This document shows positions 33,701-42,332 of a DNA stretch of 59,917 bases, piece after piece. Under the pieces are notes generated by a model. The model made no database searches. It saw only the letters and a list, made by a program, of their open reading frames with translations, and was not told where the DNA came from. The translations under genes and the position numbers were made by a program. The DNA is taken from IMG/VR virus record IMGVR_UViG_3300000176_000011, positions 1 through 59,917 of that record. One strand, written 5' to 3'. The stretch comes from a virus (lineage: Duplodnaviria > Caudoviricetes). Each line of letters begins with the position of its first letter. Within the stretch, counting starts at the first letter, position 1.

Positions 33701-36671
33701 TATTTACAGTAGTATCTGTATAAATTCTTGGTTCGTAACGTGGCCACATACCAAATTTAGTAGGTGTTGCTGGAACAAATGATCCATCTGTGCTTTCATA
33801 TTCATAGGTTGTGATTGTATCGCCGTTGGTAAGATTAACTGTTGGAGCTATGACAACAAAACCTTGACTGTTAAAATTATAATCGCGACCGTAAACTAAT
33901 TGTACACCATTATGATAAACTCCTACTGCCTTATTAGATAATTCAGTTAAACTAAAAGGAGTTGTTAATGGATAATTTTTAATTCTAAAATCAACTACAG
34001 ACAAATCTGTTTTTAGACTTGCTCCATAAGGAATCATATCACTAAAATAATAAGGAGCAGTTTTAGGTTTATCTTTATTAATTTTTTCTAAAATTAAATC
34101 TACCAAAAATACAGGATCGCCGTCTATACCCAAATCTCCTGCGATTGCAATAAAAGTTCTTTTAAAATTATTATAATCTTCTCTAGCTTGTTCGATGGCT
34201 CTAATAACATTATTAGATTCGTTTGTAATATGGTATAAACTTAAACTTGCCGGACCACTATGCTGTACAAACTTTGTACCGTACGGTGTTATATTTCCTA
34301 AATCTCTAAGATTGCTTGCTCCAGGAAATGCTCCAACAAAATTAGTTAAATTATCAACAATAGAATTTACATGGTCAATTACTTCACCCAATGTAAAATC
34401 GCCCATGGTGTTATTCAATGGATTATTTTGTAAATTAATTGGAATTTCGTAGTAACCGTTTGCATTTATAGGTTGCGCAGAAAATGCACGTATTGTTAAA
34501 ATATCTGTTAGTGCAATATCAGATTTAAGCACTACTTGTTTGTATACTGGTGTTGAAATCAACGACCAGTCAGATGCCGGTAAGCGAGTTCCATTAACAT
34601 ATACTCTTACAACTAGATCATTTAAATTGTTTAAATTATCAAATATATCAATATCAAAATTATTTGTTTTATTAGAATTTTTATAGATTCTTAACGCGGC
34701 TTGAGTAGTTGTTGCTAGAGATGTTTTCCAACCATTTTCATATATAAGATTACCAGCATAATCGTGGGTTACTAAAAATCCCGTATTAATTTGTTCGCTG
34801 ACAATAGCTGTAGACTTTTTATACTGAAAAGAATCTGTAATAAGATCAAAGTTAAAAACTATATCGCCGATATTACTTACATTTTTATAGCTTAATGGAA
34901 ACCCAAGTGTAGCATCGGCTACGCCTGTTCCAACTTTATAAGAAAATAATTTTGTTCCAACAAAAGATGATCCGCTGTAAGTGGATAAATTACCAAAACT
35001 AGTACCATTTGCATCAACTACATCAAATAAGGGAGGTTGATTTGTATTAGTTTTTTGTTGTCCTTTAACCCAAGCAGTGCCATCAAACCAATACATTAAA
35101 CTTTGATTCTTAAAACCATTTTTAATTAAAACTACTTGATCAATTTTTGGTGTTTCAGCTTCAACTAGATGTATTTGCGGTGATCCTGAATTTAAATGAA
35201 GTACATCAATAAATTCTACTACATATATTTTATTTTGAACTAATGGATCGGTATCGGCAGTAAATAATATACGCTGTCCTTGTGACAACGCAACACCGTC
35301 GATGATACAGCCAGCAGAACCTTCAATGGTAGAAAATACATCTGTTGTAAAATCATCTATCAAATCTACATCAGGAATTGCTGTTGTACCAAAATTAAAT
35401 AGCTTTAAATCAGCATGAAATTCTACAATAGGTCTGATAGCTCTTGTTGTTTGATCAATAGATGGTATTGTATTATTGTATATTGCACTGGTTGTAATTA
35501 CATCTTTATGAAACCAACGATTATATCGGCTCCAAGGATTATGATCTTGACTAGCTCTATCAATAACAATATAATCTGAAATACTGGCATATCCAGTTGC
35601 ATCGCTAAATGGTTCTTTATCAAACGGTGTGTTATCAAATTGTATCGATTCTGATACAGTATAGGGACTAACAATTTCTAATATATTTTCAGGCATTAGT
35701 CTAATAGCATTACCTACACCTTCAACATAAAATGCACCATTGGCATAATTAGAAGGAGTAACATTGCCGCCAAACGTTACTTTCATTCCATTACTTAAAG
35801 TTGTACCGTTAGATAATTGATATGTTTTTTTACCTAATATATCTGCTTCGATATTAATATAGGTGTTTTCGTCAATGTTGTATATTTCAATTGCGCCGCC
35901 AAGATTGATGTCAGATTCACTTTGATAATAAATGATATCAGGAGAATCTAACGGAACTGTGAAAGTTATTGTACCTTTTTCAATTCCGTAATTGTTAATA
36001 TTATCGGTTACATATCTGTCAGTTGTACCTGTTGCTCGAGATAGTTTAAAACTAAAAGGATTACCTGAACTTGATATTTCAAAATGATAAGTTTGACCTC
36101 TATACAATTTTAGTATAGGGTTTGGTGTAAATCCGTCGGGGGTAAAAACATATTGATTATCGTTGCCGTTAGATTGTAATTGTACAGTATATGTACTAAT
36201 AATTGTTTGTGCTTGCCCATAAATTCTAATAGGCTCTGGACCGTATGGCAACCAATAATAGTTTTGAAAATTTACTAATTTGTCCCAATCAATATGCGGA
36301 TCCCAACTGTAAAATTCTTGTTCATTAACTCTTGCATGATTAGTAGTATTGGCTCCGAATACATTTAACTGATTAATAAAATCTAAATAATCTTTAAAAA
36401 ATGTTATATTACCAAGGCTATCAGTTACTGTAGCACCTGGTTCTAATTGATAGTGTTGTCTATTTGCATCTGCGGCTGATATGAAAATATCTTTACCTGT
36501 TGATGCTTTACTATTTTCTTTACCAATGTATCCACTAATCTTATTAACTGAACCTGGTTGATATAATTGGTCTAAAGTAGCCTGTAAGAATTTTTTATTA
36601 GCAGGTGTTTGATAAAAACCTGGTAGTAAATTTGCAGTAAGACCTGTATTTCCAGTTGGGTTATTAACCAT
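21786..36671 (-). CDS. giant (4961 aa) baseplate wedge/virion structural protein
   Basis: Uninterrupted 14.9-kb ORF after the gp6-like gene; GGSGY repeats, FG-GAP-like VGA motifs, EVKPYRTKIREY, C-terminal LRRGTLGT. Confidence 0.75.
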   Translation of the reverse strand: MVNNPTGNTGLTANLLPGFYQTPANKKFLQATLDQLYQPGSVNKISGYIGKENSKASTGKDIFISAADANRQHYQLEPGATVTDSLGNITFFKDYLDFINQLNVFGANTTNHARVNEQEFYSWDPHIDWDKLVNFQNYYWLPYGPEPIRIYGQAQTIISTYTVQLQSNGNDNQYVFTPDGFTPNPILKLYRGQTYHFEISSSGNPFSFKLSRATGTTDRYVTDNINNYGIEKGTITFTVPLDSPDIIYYQSESDINLGGAIEIYNIDENTYINIEADILGKKTYQLSNGTTLSNGMKVTFGGNVTPSNYANGAFYVEGVGNAIRLMPENILEIVSPYTVSESIQFDNTPFDKEPFSDATGYASISDYIVIDRASQDHNPWSRYNRWFHKDVITTSAIYNNTIPSIDQTTRAIRPIVEFHADLKLFNFGTTAIPDVDLIDDFTTDVFSTIEGSAGCIIDGVALSQGQRILFTADTDPLVQNKIYVVEFIDVLHLNSGSPQIHLVEAETPKIDQVVLIKNGFKNQSLMYWFDGTAWVKGQQKTNTNQPPLFDVVDANGTSFGNLSTYSGSSFVGTKLFSYKVGTGVADATLGFPLSYKNVSNIGDIVFNFDLITDSFQYKKSTAIVSEQINTGFLVTHDYAGNLIYENGWKTSLATTTQAALRIYKNSNKTNNFDIDIFDNLNNLNDLVVRVYVNGTRLPASDWSLISTPVYKQVVLKSDIALTDILTIRAFSAQPINANGYYEIPINLQNNPLNNTMGDFTLGEVIDHVNSIVDNLTNFVGAFPGASNLRDLGNITPYGTKFVQHSGPASLSLYHITNESNNVIRAIEQAREDYNNFKRTFIAIAGDLGIDGDPVFLVDLILEKINKDKPKTAPYYFSDMIPYGASLKTDLSVVDFRIKNYPLTTPFSLTELSNKAVGVYHNGVQLVYGRDYNFNSQGFVVIAPTVNLTNGDTITTYEYESTDGSFVPATPTKFGMWPRYEPRIYTDTTVNIPEGQLMIQGHDGSQILAYGDYRDQLILELEKRIFNNIKVEYDPTIFDITNIIPSYNRTNVYSLEEFNTVLAPSFYKWAKLVGIDFTKSINYDINNSFTYNYSYNSAPDNTSLPGYWRGVYRWLLDTDRPHICPWEMLGFNIEPTWWTSVYGPAPYTSDNLVMWQDITDGIVRNPNTPPVKLSKFAKPFLISNLPVDEQGNLLSPVQSGLSRGTITPSSNLDFVFGDVAPVEAAWRRSSHYSFSVLITSLLLTPSKTLGLLLDRSRIQRNLAGQLIYKDTGLRIRPTDIVLPSIYSSNTRVQTAGIINYVVDLILNYIFSNNIKSYNTYATDLATINFQLSYRLGAFTNKNQFNLLLDSKTPSSTGSVFIPAEDYSVILNSSNPVNKLTYSGVIITKQTGGYQISGYSQTQPYFKYYPYIQSGTSINVGGISESFTTWTAGQQYTIGSIVKYNGSYFRTTATNTSATFDNSYFAVLPTLPVNGGVNAVLRKVWDRTSELVVPYGTEFTTIQAVVDFLQGYGEWLKDQGFEFNEFNTNLGQVSNWETSAKEFLFWTTQNWSTGQDKWSDWLPSQPVSYGSIVRYNGYYYSANRNLPASSVFNYDDYTKLDGLSNVGSSVISLSPSAGKINFNAPLSVVDDINNLFNTYEIFKVDGTAIQPADLDSYRNENTVSYSPRTADGIYGASFYLIQHEHVVIINNTTIFNDVIYNLESGYRQERIKVSAYVTPDWYGGLDIPGFVFDQAVVKSWQQWTDYNMGDIIVYQGYYYSANKFLPGTTTFVASDWTQLANKPTPQILPNWTNLATQFQDFYSLDTDSFDLQQQTMGQHLIGYQKRQYLDNIIQDDVSEFKFYQGMIREKGTQNVLNKLFDVLSSDNLESLSFYEEWALRVGQYGASTAFQQIEFILNDGDIKNNPQGYDLVQQKDLSINSFIIQQTPTDVYLKPTGYNSYPWPIATTYQPLLRNAGHVNSGDVDIIIGNISDITSQDPSKLINGSYIWCTFDTPPFYWNVYRFTDIGITVVGVAYDATAKTLTFTTEKLVTFAVNSYIGITQTTNINGFYKIISVSLNSFVVSATVPKWVQPFPNLSSITVYTLISQRTTTIDLLDNISPSRLKNKELIWTDNIQTDDGIWATWTYESAYSQANILNTTPSAGLTYGRTIAVSNTGTISAISTSDGKTLVYAKSGILVPWIKHQAISNPAISANTFPGVNLNSPNVSANVIAISNDNTWLATGSPLAGYAATRLVQDVVHGSAFIAGTSYPGGAIVSSSGIYYQAPTVSKISNFGTISLVTPVNVLLDATGPWVVTINQLDNTAGLAVNGTFVANDGTGSLFGNYPTNVTIQSIDSNTSITCLVTGGSKPTIGTIANVTTKISNIQSTYTVSGITSTQGQGARFTIVVIGASYTINVVSGGAGYKVGNKIKILGSQVGGLDTVNDITITVTGTPPQQDSIQTISWSGITPDRTYTSLPGNIILGSGATFNVTPILSGYIISVNNGGSGYVVGDNIRISGAALGGDNVLNDLLIKIDSVNNINTGTITVASIVTGITSWTALPYVPVDITGTNNNLSKHGVISLYKKDANNEYILVDTILSPTPTANEQFGSTLTFGNNVLYVGAIGYNNNKGIVYKFKYTTITNVSTSYNPVGSHNAVISVTSTLGIRPGMYVVGTGFTSNQYVTSIIDETTLALSGSPNSTPLGVLSFVTTRFVYDSSEIFTGSVNGENFGSAVSLSGDGNTLLISNAGGVTVGKIFVYKKTGTAFSTTPSQTLVGIDNNFGKSIAISDSGTYIAVSDDIKSTTKVNQQGVVGVYKYTSNSYSFYQELVDHYPEVQGRFGNKIAFMNDYETLVVYSQAGDTTTTTTFNTNGITTFDKDSTQFLTTQVNTGRVDVYDMYATKWVFSETLPTSNTVSDGYGVGFAVGANQIFVGAPYAQDRNLKSGKIYNYSKMPGTYSWTVTNKRIDIPDISKVKKAFLYNRATGNLIKYLDVIDPLQGKIPGPAEEEIKYKTFYDPAVYSTGTSAVVVDSSNAWSKQQVGTLWWNLTTIKFVNAYDQDIIYRNSNWNTLAVGASVDIYEWVSSNLKPSQWDAQADTVAGIAVGISGTSLYGDSVYSTRQNYDKISKAFKNTYYFWVKNKKIVPQVPGRNMSAQDVSNLIANPRGQDYAYLALTGLNTFSLANIKPFLNGSNVVLSVEYWTIDKTDQNVHSQWKIISNDPTITLPSVIEQKWIDSLCGADESGRLVPDPLLPVKIRYGVENRPRQGMFVNRFEALKEFIEYTNQILLKNRIVENSDLSKLNQYDAEPNIIQGLYDTVLDTDAELKYTNTTSFVMPEITPEVDANGKVTGIKIVSSGKGYVVAPYITIVGPGQGAVVKSIINSQGQIIGATVVSAGEGYIAGETICQVRSYSVLVHSDGQAEGNWSIYTYDTVYKLWSRTLTQSYDVRKYWTYVDWYATGYNQFTLADYVVNTFADLNTIEPSIGNTVKIRTANAGGWLLLEKYADSTSVDWTLSYSVIGIQNGTIQLDSSLYEFVGTNVGYDSSIFDGDVFDIVASTELRIILKTIKTNIFISNLKQEYLNLFFNSIRYVFSEQVYVDWIFKTSFVKAQHNVGALSQPVNYPVDNLSNFEDYVAEVKPYRTKIREYVSNYESMDTAEMPVTDFDLQPIYENNKIVLVNTTVKDGKIQADDYHIQNYPWKFWLDNVGFQVTELVLTSGGSGYLTEPTVRFISDSGNGATARAFFTNGTVNRIVLLTPGSGYLSAPKVVIDGGISSTGVAATASAIIGNSVIRSTRIGIKFDRITQTNYITQLQQVETFSGTGSALQFKLKWSPDITIGRSTVVVNGIPVLRELYNLTTITSTTNGYTQYSGLLSFVVGNAPATGSTIVITYYINDAILNAADRINYFYNPGEGDLGKDLAQLMTGIDYGGVIVDGLGFDVSKGWGSSPYFSDKWSPNTAFDDYFVTVHANTWSFTLPYTPDVGTEINIYHIKNNTDSYVSNGTQVEYNYNPLAISPVATTITTVSSSGIQTTYNSSGSFDTTLKVTNTAGIVIGMGIFGVGFATERHVVSIPDSTTVIIDKVSDSTPSGTLTFTFNQAGSNQLTLTSTANIHVGDLVSTTASNSFVYDTQVIQIVNSTTIKISTIVYADIPYGSDIKFTRTLVQPNDLTINANGTLLLTAPVTQGSILNITGKINPIRLDDPAYGTPDQKNKNAIVPTFVADGESATFTIPNTYTVNEGDEFILRKTTSDGSIPTAETDYDTALTGGDWAYTTATGLLADDIIVDGDGFVTPTSSPAPEEVVPGQVVDSVSIKVYDRPITGSANIKVDNFIADGIAQSYVMTQQPNSQRAVVVKVNNLVKTYSDDYSIDYRTRTIRLNSVPAKGDVISIFNIGFNGSNILDLDYFIGDGVTTEFITKAPWLSSFTSLVYIDGVITSPVLFKTDSTYEFSNAVGIRFPIPPNAGSLVNFIIVGGKQQTFAITKTELVPTDGSLTYNLNYPIGTSLPNESNMIVRVDQSILQGPNNNYFVIGKNKLNYAIDPAKISPYTAAIDQILVFVDGVQLTLGSDYTVDIGGISIKISKVIYTKYTGKNLLVSITTNESYFYNPSTQQITFTQAYDNTHTVEVISSYNHSVLDIERTTVNVTANAVLTPNTFEFYYYKQILSGLIKLDRPVIDDNYVWVVKNSTLLTPSIDYRVNDDKVSIQLLVPPNPEDEITLITFGSNVLTTGIAYQQFKDMLNRVHFKRLSLNKQTTLAQDLHWNDTSIVLVDASNFDVPNPSKNLPGVIEIRGERIEYFAIQGNTLSKLRRGTLGTGVYNLHRAGSFVQDIGPTETIPYTETTTTEQIISNGTHIVNLGFVPTKSKDLWTYPSGFTSGIPAGYGQSNDIEVFAGGIRLKKKPYKLFNVNQAPYSPSGDVQFDAEFAVDGISKQLRLTNTVNSGIQITVVKRNGIAWDSSLNIQNDNTKIAQFLKASPGIWYSDYKS

Positions 36672-39600
36672 TCGATGCTCCGTTTGTTGCGCTGGTTATA
36701 TTTTGCGAATTAATTACTGATGTCAATGCTGTGCCTGTTACTGTTTTTAAGTTAGTGGATGTTAAACCTGATACAATAACAATATCACTAGCAGTAGCAC
36801 AACTAATGAATATTTGATCGCTTGGACAAATAATTTCAAATAAGCTACCAAAATATTGGCCTGCTTGTTTAGGTACAATTACAAAACTAGTTATGTCCGG
36901 AGATAATTGTGTTATTATATACGTCGATAATTCTGAGAAATAAAAGGTATCTCCAAAATTCCAATTTTCCAAGGCAAAGAATTGATTAATTGCTATTAAA
37001 ATTCTCGATGTAACATCTGCTGTTGATACCGCAGAATTTGGATTTATAATTACATTAAATGTAGCTTGTAGACTTAAATCTGCCGCGGCTCCAAATAATA
37101 ACTTATAGCTTACAGGATGATATATGATTTCATCACTAATAGATTTTATTAGATTTAAATTTGGGCTCAATAAACTATTAAGTTCGTTACTGCTTGGTGG
37201 CAATGGTTTGCTAATGTTTGCACCAGACAGCCATTGTCTAAATGAAGTATCATAACTGTTAGTTAATACATAGATATCAATGATGTTACTAGATCCTGGA
37301 TCTATTCTACTGTCATAATCCGCACTATGTGTGTATTGAAAACGTAATTTATCTCTACCTATGTAAACTTTATAATCTAAACTAGGCGAAAATATACCTG
37401 TAGTTTTGCTATACTGTTTTACTACATTAACATCGACAAAATAAAAATATTGTCCGTCAACTTTTTGTGCGGCAGATACAAGACTTTCAGTATTAAGTAT
37501 GATCACAGGGCCAGTTACAGGATCGTTTGGAATATATCGATAATCTTCTTGACCTTGGGTAATCAAATATTTTTGTTCAACTATGTATTTGTTATAACCA
37601 GAATTTGTTGGATTAACAATGTCTAAAAATAATTGCGGATTGTCCACCACTCCATTATTATTAGAATCTGCAAAACTAACAACAATTTTCTTTGAATCTA
37701 CATATCCATCTAATCCATTGTAAGCACTTACAATATCCCATACATAATCATTATTAAACGACTGTGTTGTATTTGGTTGTGTATTAATGTTTAATATTTT
37801 TATGTTATCTTTTACTATTGAGGTAGATACAGTATCATATATTTTTGTATTGGTATCAAAGTAAAAAGTTACTTGTTGATTACTTTCAAATATATAACGC
37901 AACTGTCTAGAAGTTACGGTATAGTATTGATTATTAGTTGTAAACAACAGCATCCAACTAGAATCTTTTTGACTATTTGATGTATCACCTTGGTTGCTTA
38001 GGCTAAAAGGACTACTGGTATCCAAGTTAGTTTCAAATATAATTTGCCAACTTTGACTTGTACCGTCGTATCTTAAACCAAATAATTGATTTGAAAAAAT
38101 TAAATCAATCATAGTTGTAATCACAGTTGAATCAATAGTTTTTGTAAATTTTGGAATAATTTGACTTACTATTGCTCCATTAGGTACTACTGAATCTAAT
38201 ACAATTGGTCCAAAGTTTGTTGATAAGATACCAGTACCACTAGCAGTACCATCATCTACTACACTAACAACTTCAGTCCAAATATAAGAACTTGCACCAG
38301 TAACATTTACATTTCCATCAGATGGAGTAACAATTTTATTTTTATTTTTTGTATCAAAATATTGTGTTGATGTATTTGTTACAGTAAATTTTACCAATGC
38401 ACCTGGTGTTAAATATTTTAAATCAGTTGCTGTATATGAACCAACAGGATAAGGTTGAATACTTTGTGTTCCGCCGACACCGCCAACGTATCCAGATGAA
38501 GTATTACTATCGCTTGTTATATTATACCAAACAATATTTAAACTAGCTGTAAGATAATTTACATAATTTAAGTAGTAAAAATTACGAAAATCAGGAGTGT
38601 TTAATATATCATAAACTTCATTATAGATAATTCCTTCGACATCATTTTGTGTCAAATAATTAAAATTAATACTACTGATATAATTTTCTTGATATATTAC
38701 GCCATCATCGGCAAATAAATTAGTGCTTGAATATTTGCCTGTTGGGTCAGTAAGATCAAAATAACGACTAATACCACTACTAGATCTATTGACTGCTTTA
38801 ACTTTTGAAACTTGTGTTGTTGCCGATAAAGGACTAATATTGTAGTCTTCGCCAGTAATCATACGATTTTGTGTATAGTATGTCTGCGGAGCATTTTGTT
38901 GTACACTGGCGTTTGTTTCGCTTATTGCGGCATTTGACACAGTGGTTGGTAAATTTAAAATAATTGATAATGTTTCTATTTTGCCTTGAGCACTAGTGTA
39001 AGGAATTGTGATAGAAACATTTCTGATGTCTGTTGGATTAATAGTGTAAGTCAAAGCATTGCTGGCTCTATAATAAACTCTAAAATCTCCAAGAGGTAAA
39101 TTTCCAAATGTACCATCACTAAAACTTAAACTAATAGCATCACTTGCTCTAGTAATTACACTATAAATATTTTTAATTTTGCTACTCAAACTATTGTAGA
39201 TAATATTATTTCCAGTAGTAGCAGGCACTTGTGTCCATAAAGTGCTTTCAAGGCCATTTTGATTTAGGCTATATAACCATACATCGGTATTGTTAATATT
39301 TTGTGTGTCAATATTAATTTGTTGATTGCTACTTGGTTGGCTAACATTAAATGTGCCTTGATTTAGTGTACCTTGTGTAAAATTAAAAAAGAATCCTGTA
39401 CCAGCACTACCAGCACCATATCCATCGTCTTTGTAGATGCAGGCTATACTATTGCCAATTGTTGGAGGTTCTTCATAAATGTATGTTTGACCTTTAAATG
39501 TTGTACTGGTAATTTCAAAATTCATTGATTGCCCAGCTACCGTTTTATTAAAACTATAAACTGGCACTGCTGTACTAACAGCATTAAATCTGTATTGTGC

Positions 39601-40152
39601 AGTACTAACTCCATAAATTGTTCCGCTATCACTAGGATTACCATATTGCTGTGTGCTAGGCATTGCGGCGTTAATTATTTTAATAAACTGATCATACCAG
39701 TTGGTGTTTGCACTATCATTCCAATTGATATATTGTCCTGATAAATTACGCCCGTTGCTGTCAATAACACTTTCTGTAGTAGAAACTGTGGCAAATTTTA
39801 ATAGGCCAGTTGCGGCTGTATTGCGACTAGCGTTATAGCTGACCAAGCGCCCTAGACGTAAAATACTGTCACGGCGTTCTGCTAGTTCTAGGAAGTTTTC
39901 ACGGGCATTTAAGTCAACACGGAAAGCTATGCTTTGGCCCACATAGGCAATAAGGTCGATAAGGGCAAGGTATTCGCTAGACTCAATATAATCGTTAAAA
40001 TCTTCAGGGAAATTCGTACGAATGTAATCAATCATTGTACGGCGTAAGTTATCAAAATCGTAACTTTGGAAGTCTGCATTCTTAAAAGACTGGTAGATTT
40101 TCTTCCAATCTTCAGATATTAACAGGTTATTTTGTCTATCTGTTGAGCTCAT
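36664..40152 (-). CDS. gp6: baseplate wedge subunit, T4 gp6-like
   Basis: DFDNLR...FNDY.ESS...LIDLIAY...ENFL..A.RRDS; QNRMITGEDY. Confidence 0.85.
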   Translation of the reverse strand: MSSTDRQNNLLISEDWKKIYQSFKNADFQSYDFDNLRRTMIDYIRTNFPEDFNDYIESSEYLALIDLIAYVGQSIAFRVDLNARENFLELAERRDSILRLGRLVSYNASRNTAATGLLKFATVSTTESVIDSNGRNLSGQYINWNDSANTNWYDQFIKIINAAMPSTQQYGNPSDSGTIYGVSTAQYRFNAVSTAVPVYSFNKTVAGQSMNFEITSTTFKGQTYIYEEPPTIGNSIACIYKDDGYGAGSAGTGFFFNFTQGTLNQGTFNVSQPSSNQQINIDTQNINNTDVWLYSLNQNGLESTLWTQVPATTGNNIIYNSLSSKIKNIYSVITRASDAISLSFSDGTFGNLPLGDFRVYYRASNALTYTINPTDIRNVSITIPYTSAQGKIETLSIILNLPTTVSNAAISETNASVQQNAPQTYYTQNRMITGEDYNISPLSATTQVSKVKAVNRSSSGISRYFDLTDPTGKYSSTNLFADDGVIYQENYISSINFNYLTQNDVEGIIYNEVYDILNTPDFRNFYYLNYVNYLTASLNIVWYNITSDSNTSSGYVGGVGGTQSIQPYPVGSYTATDLKYLTPGALVKFTVTNTSTQYFDTKNKNKIVTPSDGNVNVTGASSYIWTEVVSVVDDGTASGTGILSTNFGPIVLDSVVPNGAIVSQIIPKFTKTIDSTVITTMIDLIFSNQLFGLRYDGTSQSWQIIFETNLDTSSPFSLSNQGDTSNSQKDSSWMLLFTTNNQYYTVTSRQLRYIFESNQQVTFYFDTNTKIYDTVSTSIVKDNIKILNINTQPNTTQSFNNDYVWDIVSAYNGLDGYVDSKKIVVSFADSNNNGVVDNPQLFLDIVNPTNSGYNKYIVEQKYLITQGQEDYRYIPNDPVTGPVIILNTESLVSAAQKVDGQYFYFVDVNVVKQYSKTTGIFSPSLDYKVYIGRDKLRFQYTHSADYDSRIDPGSSNIIDIYVLTNSYDTSFRQWLSGANISKPLPPSSNELNSLLSPNLNLIKSISDEIIYHPVSYKLLFGAAADLSLQATFNVIINPNSAVSTADVTSRILIAINQFFALENWNFGDTFYFSELSTYIITQLSPDITSFVIVPKQAGQYFGSLFEIICPSDQIFISCATASDIVIVSGLTSTNLKTVTGTALTSVINSQNITSATNGASNG

Positions 40153-40201
40153 ATTATGTCCTATATCTGTATTTATTGAATAAAATTATGTGGGCAGTTA
40201 A

Positions 40202-40636
40202 TTACAATGTTGATAACAATCCGTTTTGTTGATCAAACTGTAATTGTAAATTCTGCTGTATGTTATAGGGCAAATACTTCAAAACACATTCAATTTGTAG
40301 CCCTGTATCATATGGAGTAATAACAACATTTTCTGCTTGTACCCTAGGATCATAATTGATAATTGTATTAACATTTTGTAAAATAATGTCTTTAACTTGC
40401 TCGGTTAAGGGTTCAAAAATCAAAGCCCATATAATGCATCCAAACTGCGGATTCATTAAACGCTCACCTTGACGTGTATTAAAATGATTTAATATATCTT
40501 GTTTGATTAAGTCAAAATCGTACAATCTAAAATTTTCAGAATTTGTGTTGACTGAACTAAATCCCCTGTACATCTGAGGACTAGCTATAGATGTTGATTT
40601 AGCTGGTAATGTAATTTTATTAAAGATTGTGGCCAT
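40202..40636 (-). CDS. gp25: baseplate wedge/sheath initiator, T4 gp25-like
   Basis: TRQGERLMNPQFGC.IW.LIFEP...YDPRV. Confidence 0.9.
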   Translation of the reverse strand: MATIFNKITLPAKSTSIASPQMYRGFSSVNTNSENFRLYDFDLIKQDILNHFNTRQGERLMNPQFGCIIWALIFEPLTEQVKDIILQNVNTIINYDPRVQAENVVITPYDTGLQIECVLKYLPYNIQQNLQLQFDQQNGLLSTL

Positions 40637-40638
40637 TA

Positions 40639-42330
40639 TTAACTTCCTTGATTTGCGCTAGTATCTTGCGGTTTTGGTCTAGTAAAAGTATCTACTGTAG
40701 TTGAGTATACTTTCCATGCATCTGGTACAGCAATATCGTCAGATGATTCTCTATCTGTTTTATCACTAACAAAACTTTGAGGATCCAGATTTTCATGATG
40801 TGGCCAAGGCTCTATGTTTGGAATACGTTGCATAATGCTCTTAATAACATTTGTAGACGTATCATCTATTGGGTTTATATGTGTACTAAGAGGATCTGGT
40901 TTATCAGCTTTATCAGCTTTGCCAGCTGTTGAGGCTGCTGGACCATTCATATGAATCAATGTTGCAGTTTCAATATGATTACCGCCACTATTGATGTTTG
41001 TATCGCCGCCTGCTGTAAAATTATTATGACCTCCTGAATTCAAATCATAATCTCCGCCGCTGGTAAGAAGTGTATTGCCGCCAACATTAATATCAAGATT
41101 GCCGCCAACAGTATAATTGTTGTTACCATCGATTGTATTATTTTCTTTACCAGAAACATGTATTGTATTATCGCCTTTTACGATAAGAATTTTGTTTCCG
41201 CCTATTTCTGTTTGATGTCGATCTGCAACTTTTAAGTTAAAGTTACGACCTGCTTCCATATTAATATCTCGGTCAGCATAAAAATTAATATCATTTTTTG
41301 AATGAACACTTATACTGTCAGCCGCATAGATATCAATCTTACCGTTGCTGGTCATTTCAATCCAACTAGTGCCAGCGGCATTACCAATGTAAATTAAATC
41401 TTCACTATTGTGTAACAAAATTTGATGCCCGGTACGTGTCCTAATGCGTACTAATTCATTATGAGGAATTTCAACATCGCCACCATCTTCTCCTAATTCT
41501 ACACTGGCGTATTCTGGAGGATTTGCCGTTGCCGATCCTTTGCGCAAAAATGCTGGATCGCCATCGTCCATGACAAATGTAGTTCCGCCAAGTCTACTAA
41601 CAAAGACTTGTGTTTTATATTCTTGTTTGCCAACAGGACCTTTTTTAGCAGAATCACCACTACCAGTATCTGTTCTTTTATCTATTGGTCCAGGTGTGCT
41701 GATACCAAACACTGTGCTTGGAGTTTCGCGTCTTGCACTGCTGGTAGTAATACCCCTTGTATCATCTAACAACAAGCCTTGTCTTGACAATACTTCTGCT
41801 AAAGGATGTTTGGCTTTTAATACTTGTTCTGGATCGTTAATACCAGTAGCATTGATAATTTTATTATATTCACTAACTGGAGATCTACCTTGTGTGCCAT
41901 TATTATCACTATCTACAGATTCAACAACTTTTTCTGTTGCGGCTAATCCAGGCAACATAAAGTTCATTGATTCGTCCATTACGCATCCAAACCAAAAACC
42001 ACGTTTAGGATCACCATCGACAAAGAACACCATTACAATAGATCCAGGGTCAGGTGGAACGAACCACATGCCATAACTTTTTTGACTATTATTATAATCG
42101 TTAGTGCTATCATCAACATAGCCCAAGTTAGTAACACCATAAAACGGGTTTAGCATCCTTACATGTACTAGTTGACTTTCATTATCTGTATTACCAGATG
42201 GTCTCAGTAGTTGTACTTCAAGTACACCCATATAAGTAGGATCTTGATGGCTAACTACCTTGGCCAAAAATGGACCAGGGCGCGGCATTGGATCATGTGC
42301 CGGGCTGTAATTGTCGTCATAGATATTCAT
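40639..42330 (-). CDS. gp5: central spike, T4 gp5/VgrG-like (OB fold plus beta-helix, no lysozyme domain evident)
   Basis: DP.YMG.L.V; YGMWFVPPDPGS; RTRTGHQI; 8-residue GG-N repeats. Confidence 0.75.
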   Translation of the reverse strand: MNIYDDNYSPAHDPMPRPGPFLAKVVSHQDPTYMGVLEVQLLRPSGNTDNESQLVHVRMLNPFYGVTNLGYVDDSTNDYNNSQKSYGMWFVPPDPGSIVMVFFVDGDPKRGFWFGCVMDESMNFMLPGLAATEKVVESVDSDNNGTQGRSPVSEYNKIINATGINDPEQVLKAKHPLAEVLSRQGLLLDDTRGITTSSARRETPSTVFGISTPGPIDKRTDTGSGDSAKKGPVGKQEYKTQVFVSRLGGTTFVMDDGDPAFLRKGSATANPPEYASVELGEDGGDVEIPHNELVRIRTRTGHQILLHNSEDLIYIGNAAGTSWIEMTSNGKIDIYAADSISVHSKNDINFYADRDINMEAGRNFNLKVADRHQTEIGGNKILIVKGDNTIHVSGKENNTIDGNNNYTVGGNLDINVGGNTLLTSGGDYDLNSGGHNNFTAGGDTNINSGGNHIETATLIHMNGPAASTAGKADKADKPDPLSTHINPIDDTSTNVIKSIMQRIPNIEPWPHHENLDPQSFVSDKTDRESSDDIAVPDAWKVYSTTVDTFTRPKPQDTSANQGS

Positions 42331-42332
42331 TT

